Source: Sphaerodactylus townsendi
Taxonomy: Eukaryota
Direction of reading: 5' to 3'
Length of the DNA stretch: 64,000 nt
NCBI RefSeq assembly: GCF_021028975.2
Contig: NW_025950341.1
Coordinates: 124,001 to 188,000, forward strand
Shown here: positions 36,101 to 47,130 of the stretch, piece by piece
How positions within the stretch are numbered: the first letter of the stretch is position 1
Layout: each line of letters starts with the position of its first letter
Notes under the pieces: generated by a model
The model's database searches: none
Seen by the model: the letters and a program-made list of their open reading frames with translations, nothing else
What the model was told of the DNA's origin: nothing
Made by a program: the position numbers and the translations under genes

Positions 36101-37455
36101 TTTACACTCAAATCACATACCTTTTGCCAACTGCTTCTTGATGGTAAGTAAACTTGCATGTCCTATGTCTCTGTGAAGATAGTGCACACAATCATCATGC
36201 ATAGGCTTATTAGCTAGACTTGAAACATTCATTACATTTTCATTTTGCCCTCTTTATCAGTCATCGGTAACATACATTTTGTCGCAGAGTGTACCTTTTG
36301 CACACTCTATGTCATTCTCATACTGCCATACTGTACAACCCTTGTCTATCGCATTTAGTTTTGTACCCTTGTTCAGCTAAACTTGGGACGCCTAACAAAC
36401 AAAAAATCCAGTCCAGGGAACTAACACAACACATTTTGCAACTTCTTTACCTAGGTATTGTATGTAGGCAGTTGCCCCTTGTAGAATAGCATGTTCGGAG
36501 ATCCATCGGCCAAGCTGGACATGCTTCACACTTGCCTTTGGACTCCTTAGTTCATTAGGTGGATGAGTATTTCTACGACATGCTCTGAGCAGGCAGAGTC
36601 CAAGAGCTGATGGGTTGGTTTCTTGGACATCGGTTCTCAGCAATGCTGCCAAGTAGTGCTCCTTCCTCCTCCCCTGTCCTTTAGCTGGCCCCCCTTCTTC
36701 TCCCCTTCTGTGGCATTCTCGGAAAGAAGATGATTAGGTAGAGCCACAACGGAAACAACGAACTGCATATGACCTTGGACAGTTCAGGGAAAGTTGCCTC
36801 TACTCTTTGCCTCCTGGAAACAGCAGGCTCTCTGGCTGTGGCTTCAAGGCAAAACTCTCTTTGTTTCTGGAGCTCCAGAAGTCAGGCAGTCACATAGTCT
36901 AGAGTCAAATCATCTTCCTTTTTATGCTCTGCATACTATAGGACAAAATTGTCCCAGCTGTCATCTAGGGAAGAGGTACAATATAGGCCCCTATGCTGTT
37001 CAGTGTCATGCCTCTGTCTTCCAGCCTCACTCTAATAGTGTAACGAGCTGTTGGACATGGTTGGCCACATTTTCACCCCTCCTTCAGCTTCAAATTGTAT
37101 AAACGCCTGGTCAAGATTACCTTGGAACCAGCAGTCTATGCCTTGGTACAGGTCCCAACACCTTCCAGCAGTCAGAAGCCTTTCCTCAGCAGCCCGTAGG
37201 ATAGATGAGCTGGGAGTTTTCCATACAGCCAACATTATGGACGCCTTGGCTCTGGTATCTGCCCTCTGCTCTGCTGCTGTGCCTGTCTGCGGGTCTCACT
37301 ACAGCCCATAAATCTTCCCAGCATGAGAAAGCTCCTGCATTTTCACACTCCATGCTGAGTAGTTCTCTGCAGTCACTGCCTGGCTACAAAAGGCAAACTG
37401 CACATGGTGGATGTCATCACGCACTGCCTTCTAGCTCTACAGTGGTTAGGGATAC

Positions 37456-37468
37456 TGGGCCTAACCAA
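37456..37468 (-). promoter_or_regulatory. Copia primer-binding site (initiator-Met half-tRNA type)
   Basis: Minus strand TGGTTAGGCCCAG, resembling the Copia GGTTATGGGCCCAG PBS, just inside the 5' LTR. Confidence 0.6.
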
Positions 37469-37474
37469 ATTCAT

Positions 37475-38008
37475 TGTTGGCCTTAGTACAGCGGAAGGAC
37501 TAGGTGCCAACTCAACCTTTTACTAGAAAGTTCAGGAGGTAACTGTTTGCAGTATAAGAAAATAAAACACTCTGTAGACAGTAGATTTCCTGCCTCCAAC
37601 AGGAATACTTTATTCTTTCTTTTCTCAAAGGAACAAAAATAACAATGTTTTACTCATCTTAACTATCCACTCTCTACTCTAACACAACAATCTGAGCCTG
37701 AACCTGAAGGTGAAGCGAGAGGTACCTGAATTGGGCATGCAGTCTTCTTATATAGTTTTGTCCAGCAAATCATTAGCTAGATGATCTAACTGTCCTGGCT
37801 CCAATCTTTTCACTTCTGCTGACTGTTACATGCCAATCACTGCAGACTCCAGACAGAGAGGTTCACCTTTACAATTCTGCTGACTGTTACATGCCAATCA
37901 CTGCAGACCCAGACAGAGAGGCTCCGACCTTTACAATTCTGCTGACTGTTACATTCCAGTCATTCTAGACCAGCATATGACCACCTTGCAATTTTCAATA
38001 TCCTGACA
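37475..38008 (-). repeat. Copia 5' LTR
   Basis: TGTTGGCC..CCTGACA on the + strand, followed by TSD GATAC at 38009-38013. Confidence 0.9.
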
Positions 38009-38013
38009 GATAC

Positions 38014-38346
38014 TTCTATTCAGATGCTCCCACCAGTGACCTTGCTATCTACAGGGTTACTCCCAGGCTATAGTCTTCATTATTACTCATACTTCTATTC
38101 AGATGCCCTCAACTATTGACCTTGCTGCTTTGCTACTTCATAGACAAGGTTTCTACTCCACCCTGGACACTCCCTTCATTACTAATTCTTGGATAAAGAG
38201 AGACCATCTAATTTATTTTAAATGACTAGATCCTCGAAGATGCAGCTGCAGGATGCAACAGAGAGAATGCTGCTAGAACACGGCCATACAGCCCGGAAAC
38301 CACACAGCACCCATGTGATTCCGGCCGTGAAAGCCTTCGACAATAC
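38014..38346 (+). mobile_element. Penelope 3' part/pLTR, continuation after the Copia
   Basis: Inverted homology to 31757-32050. Ends GTGATTCCGGCCGTGAAAGCCTTCGACAATACA, like the other pLTRs. Confidence 0.8.
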
Positions 38347-41154
38347 ATTGTGTCATTACTGCTGTCTTTCTTTGGATGTCATTTGGATGTCAAGACAGAG
38401 GGAGCATCCTCTGAGTAAACATCTTCAGGATAAGAGTAATATTTAAGATCTGGGCTGTATAATTCTCAGCAAAGTAGCACCCTTCTCATCCCATTTAAAT
38501 CAATGGGCATTGTTAAGGCATTGTGACTCTGCACAGGACAGCACTGTGGCTGACATCCAGAAATACAACTACTGCAGTTTGTATGATATAGGGCTTTTTC
38601 TTATCCTACCAGTCCTCTTCATTTAAAAAAAATCCCACTGGTTTATGTTATCCAGAAGACTGCATTGCACTTTAAAATTCTTCATCCCATGGCGTTTTAT
38701 AAGGCTATGTGGCATTTATCAGTAACATTCATCAGTGTCTCACAGGTTTGCTTGTTAGAAAGGTAGGTCTTCTTTTATGGTGAGCAAGAGCTGCAAAAAT
38801 TCAGAAGGAGTACAAAGTCTTTCACCTATGAAGGATGAGGGTAATGTTTCTCTCATGTGTGAGAGAGGCCCATAATTCATGAGGCCCAGTTCTCTGTGGA
38901 AATGATAAAGGGACAGAGGAAACGTATTCAGCTTAAACAGGTGGGCAATTTTATTAATTCTCTCAGAATTCACTAATGTTTATTCACTGTAAACTGTTGG
39001 AGTATAAATGAGTAGGGCTATTTTTCTGAGGAAGGATGAAGAGAAATTGACAGTTACCCAGAAACTTGAAGCATGTGACAAACCAGAGTTTATGGGTTCA
39101 TCTTTAATTTCTCTTAGAAGTTACTGGTACCTAGGTAGAACAAAAAGGCTTGATGCTATCCTTCTCATGTTGTTGAAAATTATTAGTTACAGAATTTTTT
39201 TAAAAAAAGTATTTGATTCCAAAGCAGCCCCCCACTTTCAGCTTCTGCAAGGACTTCTGGACCATGGTTAGGTCAGATAACAGGAAATAAAGGTACTACC
39301 AGGCTGCAGGGAGAAATGAAATGTTTCCATTCCCACACAAAAATTCACTACATGTTCATAAATCTACCATATATAGGGAAAGGATGTCTCTGGATCATAG
39401 TAGCTTTTTGTAAGTAGAAGACATTTTACATTGGGGAGTGTTCAAAATCAAAATAAAGGTATCTGGGAAGGCATTTATACAAAGGTAATATACAGAGCAA
39501 CACAGGAGGTTGCTTCAGTAAAAGATAGTAATATAGTTTATTTATTTTTTATTGTATGTGTCCCTTCCCTTTTCACTGCATGAAGAAAGGAAGTTTCAAA
39601 GTAACTTCCTTTCTCCACTGGTTTTTGTTTGTATTTTTTTTCCCTGCACCATAATCCTACAGAAATGTTTAATGGAGATCTTTGTTATTGGATTGAATTG
39701 CTGTTCAAATTTTTATCATCCATTTTGAGCCTCAGTGAGAAAGGCAGCTAAAAATGAATAATCCCCGCCTGTGATCTGAATTGGCATGGCCCAGTCATAA
39801 ATATTCTACACACATCTTTTGCTCATCTTATTTGCTGCCTGTATTTCTGACATATGGTTTATTTTGGTGACAGAAATTAGAACATCTGTTATTGTTACCA
39901 TAATCCAGTATAACTAACAAGCCACTGGATAATTCTCATTACTGGCTTACTTGGTATCCTCAACTCCATTTTCACAAGTTTCCATTACTTTCTCAACATA
40001 AAAAGAATATTAGAAAGCAAGCAAGTGAACAGAAATTCTGCTCCAAGATGAATTGTTATTACACAATATTAATGTATAATTTATTTAGGGATTAATAGTG
40101 GTAGGTGTTTCTTTCTACAGTTCATATTACTTTTTCTAATAGCTTAGATTCAAAAGTTGTGTACAGTAAGTCACTCATTGAAGACCTAAGTGGGGTGGGG
40201 TACCAAAATGCCTCAGAGGGCAGCATGACCTTGCACCAGTACAAATGCTACTTGCACTGCCGTAAGTGACATTTACATTAGTATGAGGCACTTATGCCAA
40301 TGGTGTGGAGCTATGTGGCAGTGCAGTGCTTGGGAATTGGTGCCACCATGACTCCAGCACTCCTGTAGTACAGGATCCTGCAGTGGTGCCAGCTTTAGTC
40401 TGTTTTCTGAGCCCTTTTGGGCCAGGAATGACCTCATTTGCTGGTGATTGTTGGTGTTTGTTGAAATTCAATATTTAGTCTAGTGAATATACTCCGAATT
40501 TTAATGTATATTTTCACATAGTTTCTGAAATGCTTTCACTGATGGATCTCCTTGTACCAAGTATACCCAAATATGGCACACAACATAAAATACAAATGAA
40601 CATTTAAATAATTCAACAAAATTCAATTATATCAGACATTCTGTAAAAATAAAAGGACTGGGTTTTTCACATCTGTCATCTGAAAAGAAAATACAAATAA
40701 AGGCAATGACAACAGTCTTATTTGCTCCATCCTTTAAAACCAATGTCACAAATACATTTCTATAAGACCATACTGCAGGGACATTTATTGTCGGAGAGCA
40801 ATGATATTTGAAATCTTATTAAATATATATTCCCTTTCACAGGCCTACGGCACCTTACATATTGATTTTTCCCCATCAGCAACCTACTTGTAATTAATTG
40901 AAAGTACATTTTGTTAGTGTATTAGTTGATCATATAACAGAATTTTTTTTTCAATATATGGTAGTCAGTGTATAAGGTACATAAAGCAAACCTCATTCAA
41001 AGCACTACAAAGGACCACAAAAAACTTAATAGAGAACAGGCCAAAAGCAAAATCCAGGAGTGCTCTGGTTCAAGGCTCATCTCCACACACATTTAACTTA
41101 AGCAAGTTACTCTTTGTCAGCCTAAGTTCTTCCATCTATGAGTGATTCCTCTAT

Positions 41155-41360
41155 GTGTGTGTGTGTAAGGTGCTGTCAAGTCACAGCCAGTGATGATCCC
41201 TTAGTGGGTTTTCAAGATAAGAGACTAACATTTGCCATTGCCTTCCTCTGCATAGCAACCCTGGTATTCCTTGGTAGTATCACTTCCAAATACTAACCAG
41301 GTTTGACCCTCCTTAGCTTTTGCAATGTAATAAGGTCAAACTAGCTTGGGCCATCCAGGG
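41155..41360 (-). mobile_element. 5S rRNA-headed Sauria-type SINE, decayed
   Basis: Minus strand has 5S-like AAGCTAAG.AGGGTC..CCTGGTTAGTA.TTGGA internal control boxes, then the GCAGAGGAAGGCAATGGCAAA Sauria body and a (CA)n tail. Confidence 0.65.
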
Positions 41361-42119
41361 TCAAAGTAGGTCAACAGTGGAGAACCGACAATGTCTAGTG
41401 GCACGTCATTGGTCAATAATTACAAAGTGGCTTGGCCAGAGTTTGTAAAAAGCCATACTGTGTTAGAGAGAAAGAGAATGATCTGAAGAAGAAAAAACAG
41501 AAGGAAAAGAACTGTCATGGCCCAATGTGGCTGAGGAAATGCCTGATGATCTGGGGGTGGTGTCTGGGAAATGTACAGAGTTGGAAGAGAGGCCACTCAG
41601 CCAGGACATGACGTTGTAGAGGTTTCCTTCTGAAGCTGCCAGTTCCTTGAAGAGAACTGATCTCTACAGTCTAGAGGTCAAAGTAATTCTGAGAGAACTC
41701 TAGCTTCAAGAATGGTGTCTGTGGAGGAATGGGCCCACTTTGCCTGGCAGGCCCTGTTCCACCCCCCAAGCCTCTCCTAGGAGTCGCCAACTTTTCCTTG
41801 AAAGGGTTTGCTTTCTTCTCTCTGAGCCCTTTTGGGCTAGGAATGCCCTCATTTGCTGACATAAGGTATCACTGCCATGACCTGACAATTTGAGGGACTG
41901 CCCACTGGGGAGGGTCAGGACCCCCCAGCTCCCTTTGCAACCCTGAGGTCTAGCCTCTGTTTCCCCTGTTCTGTATTCCACATGGCAGATTGGAGGTCCC
42001 GGAGGAAAAGCTGCTTGCCAGCTGCCAGCCTTCTTCCCCGCTCTTATTTAGATAGCGCATCCAAGATGATGGATGCATTCATGGTACAGAGAACTGTTCC
42101 CCACAGGATTTATTAAAAA

Positions 42120-44036
42120 CTACCAGGATACCCGTGCTTCGCTACGGAGATTATAAAAAATGCCCCTTCCTCTTCCCTCTCCTCCCTTGCATGCCACCAC
42201 TCACTCACTCCCCTTCCCTTGCATGACAACACTCACTCCTTCCCCTCCCCCTCCCTCCGCTAGGATGGGTGGGCCATGTCCAGATGCTGGGCCTCCTCCC
42301 CTTCCCTCCCCTCCCTTGCATGCCACCCCTCACTCCCTCCCCTTCCCTTGCACGGCAAAAAACTACTGAAAACTACTAAAAACATGAAATGTACCTGATA
42401 AAATTACCCTTGAAGTTTGAAATGGCATGAATTCATAAAAAATATACATACTGGAAAAATACTGAAAATATAAAATGTACGGCATAAAAATACCTTTAAA
42501 GGTTTCAATTTAAGGAATTCATAAAAATAAAGATCCTTTAAAAACACTGAGAATACTACAACATTGTGAAAATCTAAAAGTGACCTGATAAAAATACCAT
42601 GAAAGTTTCAAATGTAATGAATTCATAAACACTATTAACTATTTACAAACGGTAAGATGAGTTTCTGTCATTGGATAGAACATTAAAAGGCAAATAATCA
42701 CCACCCCTAGTTTTGTGGTCTACATAGCCATACTAATAACTTGTTCAGCATACAGTTTTCATTTCTTCCTCAGATTAAGTGCTCAAAACTTCCCTGTAAA
42801 CAATATTCTTGGTTTTTCTCTCTGGTTGAAGGATGACCAAGCTGTCAGGTGAACTAACTCTGGAGCACTCTGAATGTCCTTCTCATTGTTATCACCCCCA
42901 ACAAAGTATATCTGAAGAAATGACGGCTGCTGCTGGGGTCCCGTCATGAGGCTTCCTATCCTGTGGCAGACCTGTCCCTGCACTTTGAATGTTGGCATGA
43001 AATTGCTCTCTTTCACCTCTCGGGTTCCAAAAGACGTCATTTGAAAGCATCCATTGTATTTCCAGGAAGCAAAAGAAAGTGTTCTGCCATTGGATGCTGA
43101 TGCATGAGAAGGCTGTGAAGAGTAGGGTTGAATGGCAGGGAGCTGAACTTTATGGCCACTGCAGCACATTCCTTGGGGCTCATCCCGCCACTTCAGATCA
43201 TGACACCAAGCACAGGGCGATCAAAGTCCGAGATCAATCACCTTGTCTCCACAGTAATCAATATGAGATCCATATTCAAAACCCGACAAATATTTTGTAG
43301 TCCAAGGTGATAATGTGATTTGTAATCTTTTAAAATTGTATTTGGCTGTAGCGGTCTGGTTAACATGAGGGTTGTTAGATGAATATTTTTTCACAGCCGC
43401 TCTATGAACTTCGGGGTGACATTCAGCATACCTCATCACAGCCTGTCTGTGAACTTCTGGGTTGTTTTTTGAATATTTTGCAGCAGCTTCCCTTACTTGT
43501 CTTTTTTTAATCGAATCTGTAAATCGCTTTCTGCGTTTAATCCCTCTCCTCCCTTTAGCTGTTTCAACAGAAGGAGCAGGTTTGTATGTGGTGTGGAGGT
43601 TGGTGGTAGAATCCAGTTGGGCCACCATTGGCTCAATTGTGCTTGTTGTTTGGTGGGCATTATCGTAACTTGTCGATTCGACATATGGAAGTAGAGCGTC
43701 AAAGTGCCCTTCATTAAAATCTCCCGTGAAACGAATCATTTTTATTCCCTGTACTGCATCCTTTACCTTGGCAAGCAGGTTTTTAACTGTCACCTTTAGA
43801 ATGTTCGTGCAGATGGTCAGAGTTCAACAGTAACGCAGATGGACAGAGTTCCACAGTAAATGTGCAATAACTCAAGTAAAAGTGAATATTTTGAAAAATC
43901 CTTTCTTAGTGAGCACCTAAACCACATAATGAACCAGTGTGCCAAATTTCAACTTTGTAGGTTAGGTGGTTTTTGAGTTCTTTTGATGAGTCAGTGAGTC
44001 AGTCAGTCAGTGGTATTTCGCGTTTATAGATATAGA
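42120..44036 (-). mobile_element. Helitron, internally deleted
   Basis: Minus-strand 5' end A|TCTATATCTATAAA with (ACTG)n and AAATTTGGCAC. 3' hairpin CCGTAGCGAAGCACGG followed by GTAG|T. Inserted at A/T without a TSD. RepHel N-terminal coding remnants inside. Confidence 0.88.
42783..43793 (-). pseudogene. Helitron RepHel N-terminal fragment (OTU-like His loop, 15-aa repeats, zinc finger, pre-Rep region)
   Basis: IRFTGDFNEGHFDAL, then GFEY..IDY..VIDLG, frameshift, CAWCHDLKWRDEPQGMCCSGHKVQLP, then YNGCFQMTSFG..PTFKVQGQVCHRIGSL..FLQIYF. Confidence 0.85.
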
Positions 44037-44529
44037 TGAAATGGTTACAAGTATGTTTTAGCACTGCACCAGACCGAGCAAGGGTTTCCAAAACAAAGGA
44101 GACATAAATGCAAATCCTCTATCCCTCTATCTGAACATACCCTAGCAGTTGTTAAAAATAGGGTAGGCACTTAAAGCTTAGAAGGTTACAATTCTCAAAG
44201 AGTTTCCATTACCTAGAAAACTGAGTAAGTTTCCAGGATGAGCACATGGTCCAAAATGGCTGCTTTCTACAGACCCCAGGCAAGGGGTCTGCTCCCTTCA
44301 GAAAGAGTAGACCCAGCAGAAAGAGAAAGAGCACTTCTGTTCCCAGCAATGTATCAGTTCCCAGGTCCCAACCCTCTTTCAATGTCAGTCTGAGTTATCT
44401 TTTTCCCCTAGGTCAGGTAGCTCTTCCTGACATCCCTCTGGCATTTTCAAGTCCTCCAAATCTATGACACCTGATTGGAGAAGAGAAGGGGGAAGGAGCC
44501 CATTTCTCCACAATGTCATAAAAACATAA

Positions 44530-44647
44530 GGCTGATTCCACATGGGCCAAAAACAGCAGTGTGAAAACGATGTGAAAGGGTTTAAAACGGTGTAAAAGGG
44601 CTTATACTGTTTTCACACTGCTGTTTTTGGCCCATGCAGAATCAGCC
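44530..44647. mobile_element. Palindromic Harbinger-type MITE
   Basis: GGCTGATTCCACATGGGCCAAAAACAGCAGTGTGAAAAC and its inverted arm. Flanks TAA/TAT. Confidence 0.8.
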
Positions 44648-45339
44648 TATGACACTTGTTGAGTCTAAGTCCCAGGAGATCTGCTACCACTAGCTAGAAT
44701 ATGTGCTAGTGACCTGAATTCAGCTTGGCAGGTCATAACCTATATTGTTTACCTCCAGTGCCTAAGAATCCTCTATTTGTCAGACTTTGCTTCTTCAATT
44801 TAACACAATTGTTAGCTGGACTACAATTTACAAAGCCATTTACCTATTCCTTGGAGTGCTGTAACCAGGCTTAAGCATGAAATGCTGAGATCAGAAATCT
44901 TATTGCTAACAAGAAAACTTGCCAATAAAGTGCCTGTCACAAACATGCAGCCCTTGATAAATAAATAACCAAAACCAGCCACTCCAGCAATACAGTTGAA
45001 GTGAGACATTGAATTATGCAATAAAATCGGTATTTTTTTCATGGCTTCAGCAACTAGGACACACAAGTCTCCTATACTGCATAACTTTAAAATGTTGCTG
45101 GTTTTGAAGAATCTTTTGTGAATAGGGAAATCTTTGCAGTATTTAGGCCAAGCTACATATTATGAAAAAATGAACATCAGTCGCCAAAAACAGCTATGTC
45201 TAGTTCTCCCCTTTCCCCCTCTATAATGTCTAATATAATTTACCTCTTACTGTGATGTCACATTCACTTTTTCATCATCATTGGTCACCAATGACATAAA
45301 TCAGGGATGCTAAAATGCAGAATGTCATGATGTCCAACG

Positions 45340-47130
45340 AGTTAAGTTTATACTCACTCTGCAATTACTCTATTGGTTGCCCATAAGTTACCAAGTTCTA
45401 TTCTAGGTGCTAACTATAGTATATGAGGTTCTTTATGGTTTGGACTCTCATATCTGCAAAAATACCTCTCCTCCGGGGCTCTGCCATGATAGCTTGAGCA
45501 GTCTGAGCAGGGCCTTCTGGGTGTGCCACCACAAAAATGGGCACAATCAACAACTCTGCATACATGCACAATATCTGCTCAAACTCGACCTTTATTAGGC
45601 ATAAAAAAAAGAGTATGGTATGCACCAGATAAAGTTTAACAGAATGAAGCAACTAATAAGAAAAATAGAAATCATTATACTGAAATCATACAGACATCAT
45701 TAGTACAAGGAGGAAAGCCCAGAAAGTTATTTCAGGGTATTAACCAGGAAGTTGGCCACCAATTCCAATATCTTAGCATCCTGATTATTCAGGAGATAGC
45801 TCAATTTGGAATTAGGAGAGTAAGGGCCTGCCAGAATTGGAGCCTTCAGAAAAAGACTAGGTCTGAATTCTGTAAATTTTGGCCAAGCAAACAAAATATG
45901 CTCTAACGACTCCACAGAGGTTGGGCAATGTGTGCAAGACCATGTCTGGTGTAAGGATGTCTTAAATCAATCTGGGCATAGATTAAGAAGAAATGTGTTG
46001 GTTCTTGCTCTGGTGATCACCCATCTCAGCTTGGGGTCAAACAGAACATTTAGGTAACCAGCTGTCCTACATTTCCCAGGTATGATATCAAAGTACAGGG
46101 GAGAACACAGAGTCCTAGCTTTACCCATTAGGAGTTGATATTCCTGGTCAAATAACCGCTTCGTAATGCGATAGAGGATCTCACTGGGGGAGAGCATTTG
46201 GAGCTGGTCCCAAGTAAAACCCAGGGGAAAAAAAATCTTGGATTCAATGAGGGCCTACCAGGCAGACAGCTGAAGTTGAGGAAGGGCACAATAGATACAG
46301 CTGTTAGAGTCATAGAAGAAACATAGCCAGACCCAGAACTTGAGAGTGATCCACCATGCCCTTGTTTCCAGGAGATGTTGTCCTGCCTCTAGGCAGAGAA
46401 CTGTATAGGGTACGCAGTTGGGGACCCCAAAAAGCTTATATAGAAATCCAGACTGAATTCGCCCCAGAGAGATATGCCAAGCTTCGATCCATATGGGAAC
46501 CCCAAAAAGAAGTTGTTGAGACACCTTGGCATTAAACACCCTAAGGGCTGCTGGTATAAATCTGCCGCCCTTAGAAAAAAATTTGCAACGGCAGCAAAAA
46601 TAGTTTTGCAACTCTTTCAACCCTTGGCTATGGTCTCCCTATGCTTGACCCAGTTAGCTTTGTGGTGAAAGTTGTGGCTCCCACCTTGTGTATCTGTTGT
46701 GGCTCCCACCTTGTGGAATGACCTGCCTGAAAAAGTCAGTAGGACTCCAACACAGCCGTCTTTCCACAAACTATGTAAACCAGAATTGTGCAGGAGGGCA
46801 TTTTTAGAAATGTAATAGGGTTATATTACAACATCCAAGAAGGTACCTTTTATGAAGAAGGAGACTGTGGACTAAACCACTGTGTATAACAGGCATCATC
46901 TGTTTGCTATATGTATTATCCTGCTTACACCACATTGTTTTTTACTTATCTAATACCAGTTTACACATTATTATATGTCTAATAGTTTTTGCTTTGTTTC
47001 AAATTTGTGTACCTCTAGTTGCTCATTAGATGTCACATCTTTATTGATTGCATTGACTTGCACTGTGTAACCCTCCCTGCGTCTCAGAGACAGGTGGACT
47101 GTAAAGAAATTAAATAACCAACAAAAATAA
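45340..47130 (+). mobile_element. Old L2 LINE 3' fragment split by a younger LINE
   Basis: Left piece VL.IVYEVLYGL..QGLLGVP. Right piece SVVAPTLWNDLPEKV..RRAF plus an L2-type tail. Confidence 0.7.
45578..46670 (-). mobile_element. 5'-truncated LINE 3' end, RTE-X-like
   Basis: Frameshifted ORF pieces AALRVFNAKV..LLFGVPIW, FDQEYQLL..RARTN and ESLEHILF, then AATAAAGG near the 3' end. Flanked by TATCTG (45572-45577, 46691-46696). Clade assignment is from recalled motif similarity. Confidence 0.6.

Larger units (their letters stand above)
32573..38008 (-). mobile_element. Full-length Ty1/Copia LTR retrotransposon, frameshifted as assembled
   Basis: LTRs 32573-33127 and 37475-38008 (TG..CA), TSD GATAC. 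Minus-strand order gag CFRCGS knuckle (~36750), PR LDSACSEH (~36590), IN HRDIGH/LVHTDLAGP/RYIFLLIDD (36180-35900), RT IYVDDL (~34335) and RYLKGT, RH DILTKPLP (~33375). IN precedes RT, the Copia order. Confidence 0.92.

Noticed and set aside
41290-41360. 5S rRNA gene
   Set aside because: Partial, diverged and fused to a SINE body and tail, so it is annotated as a SINE.
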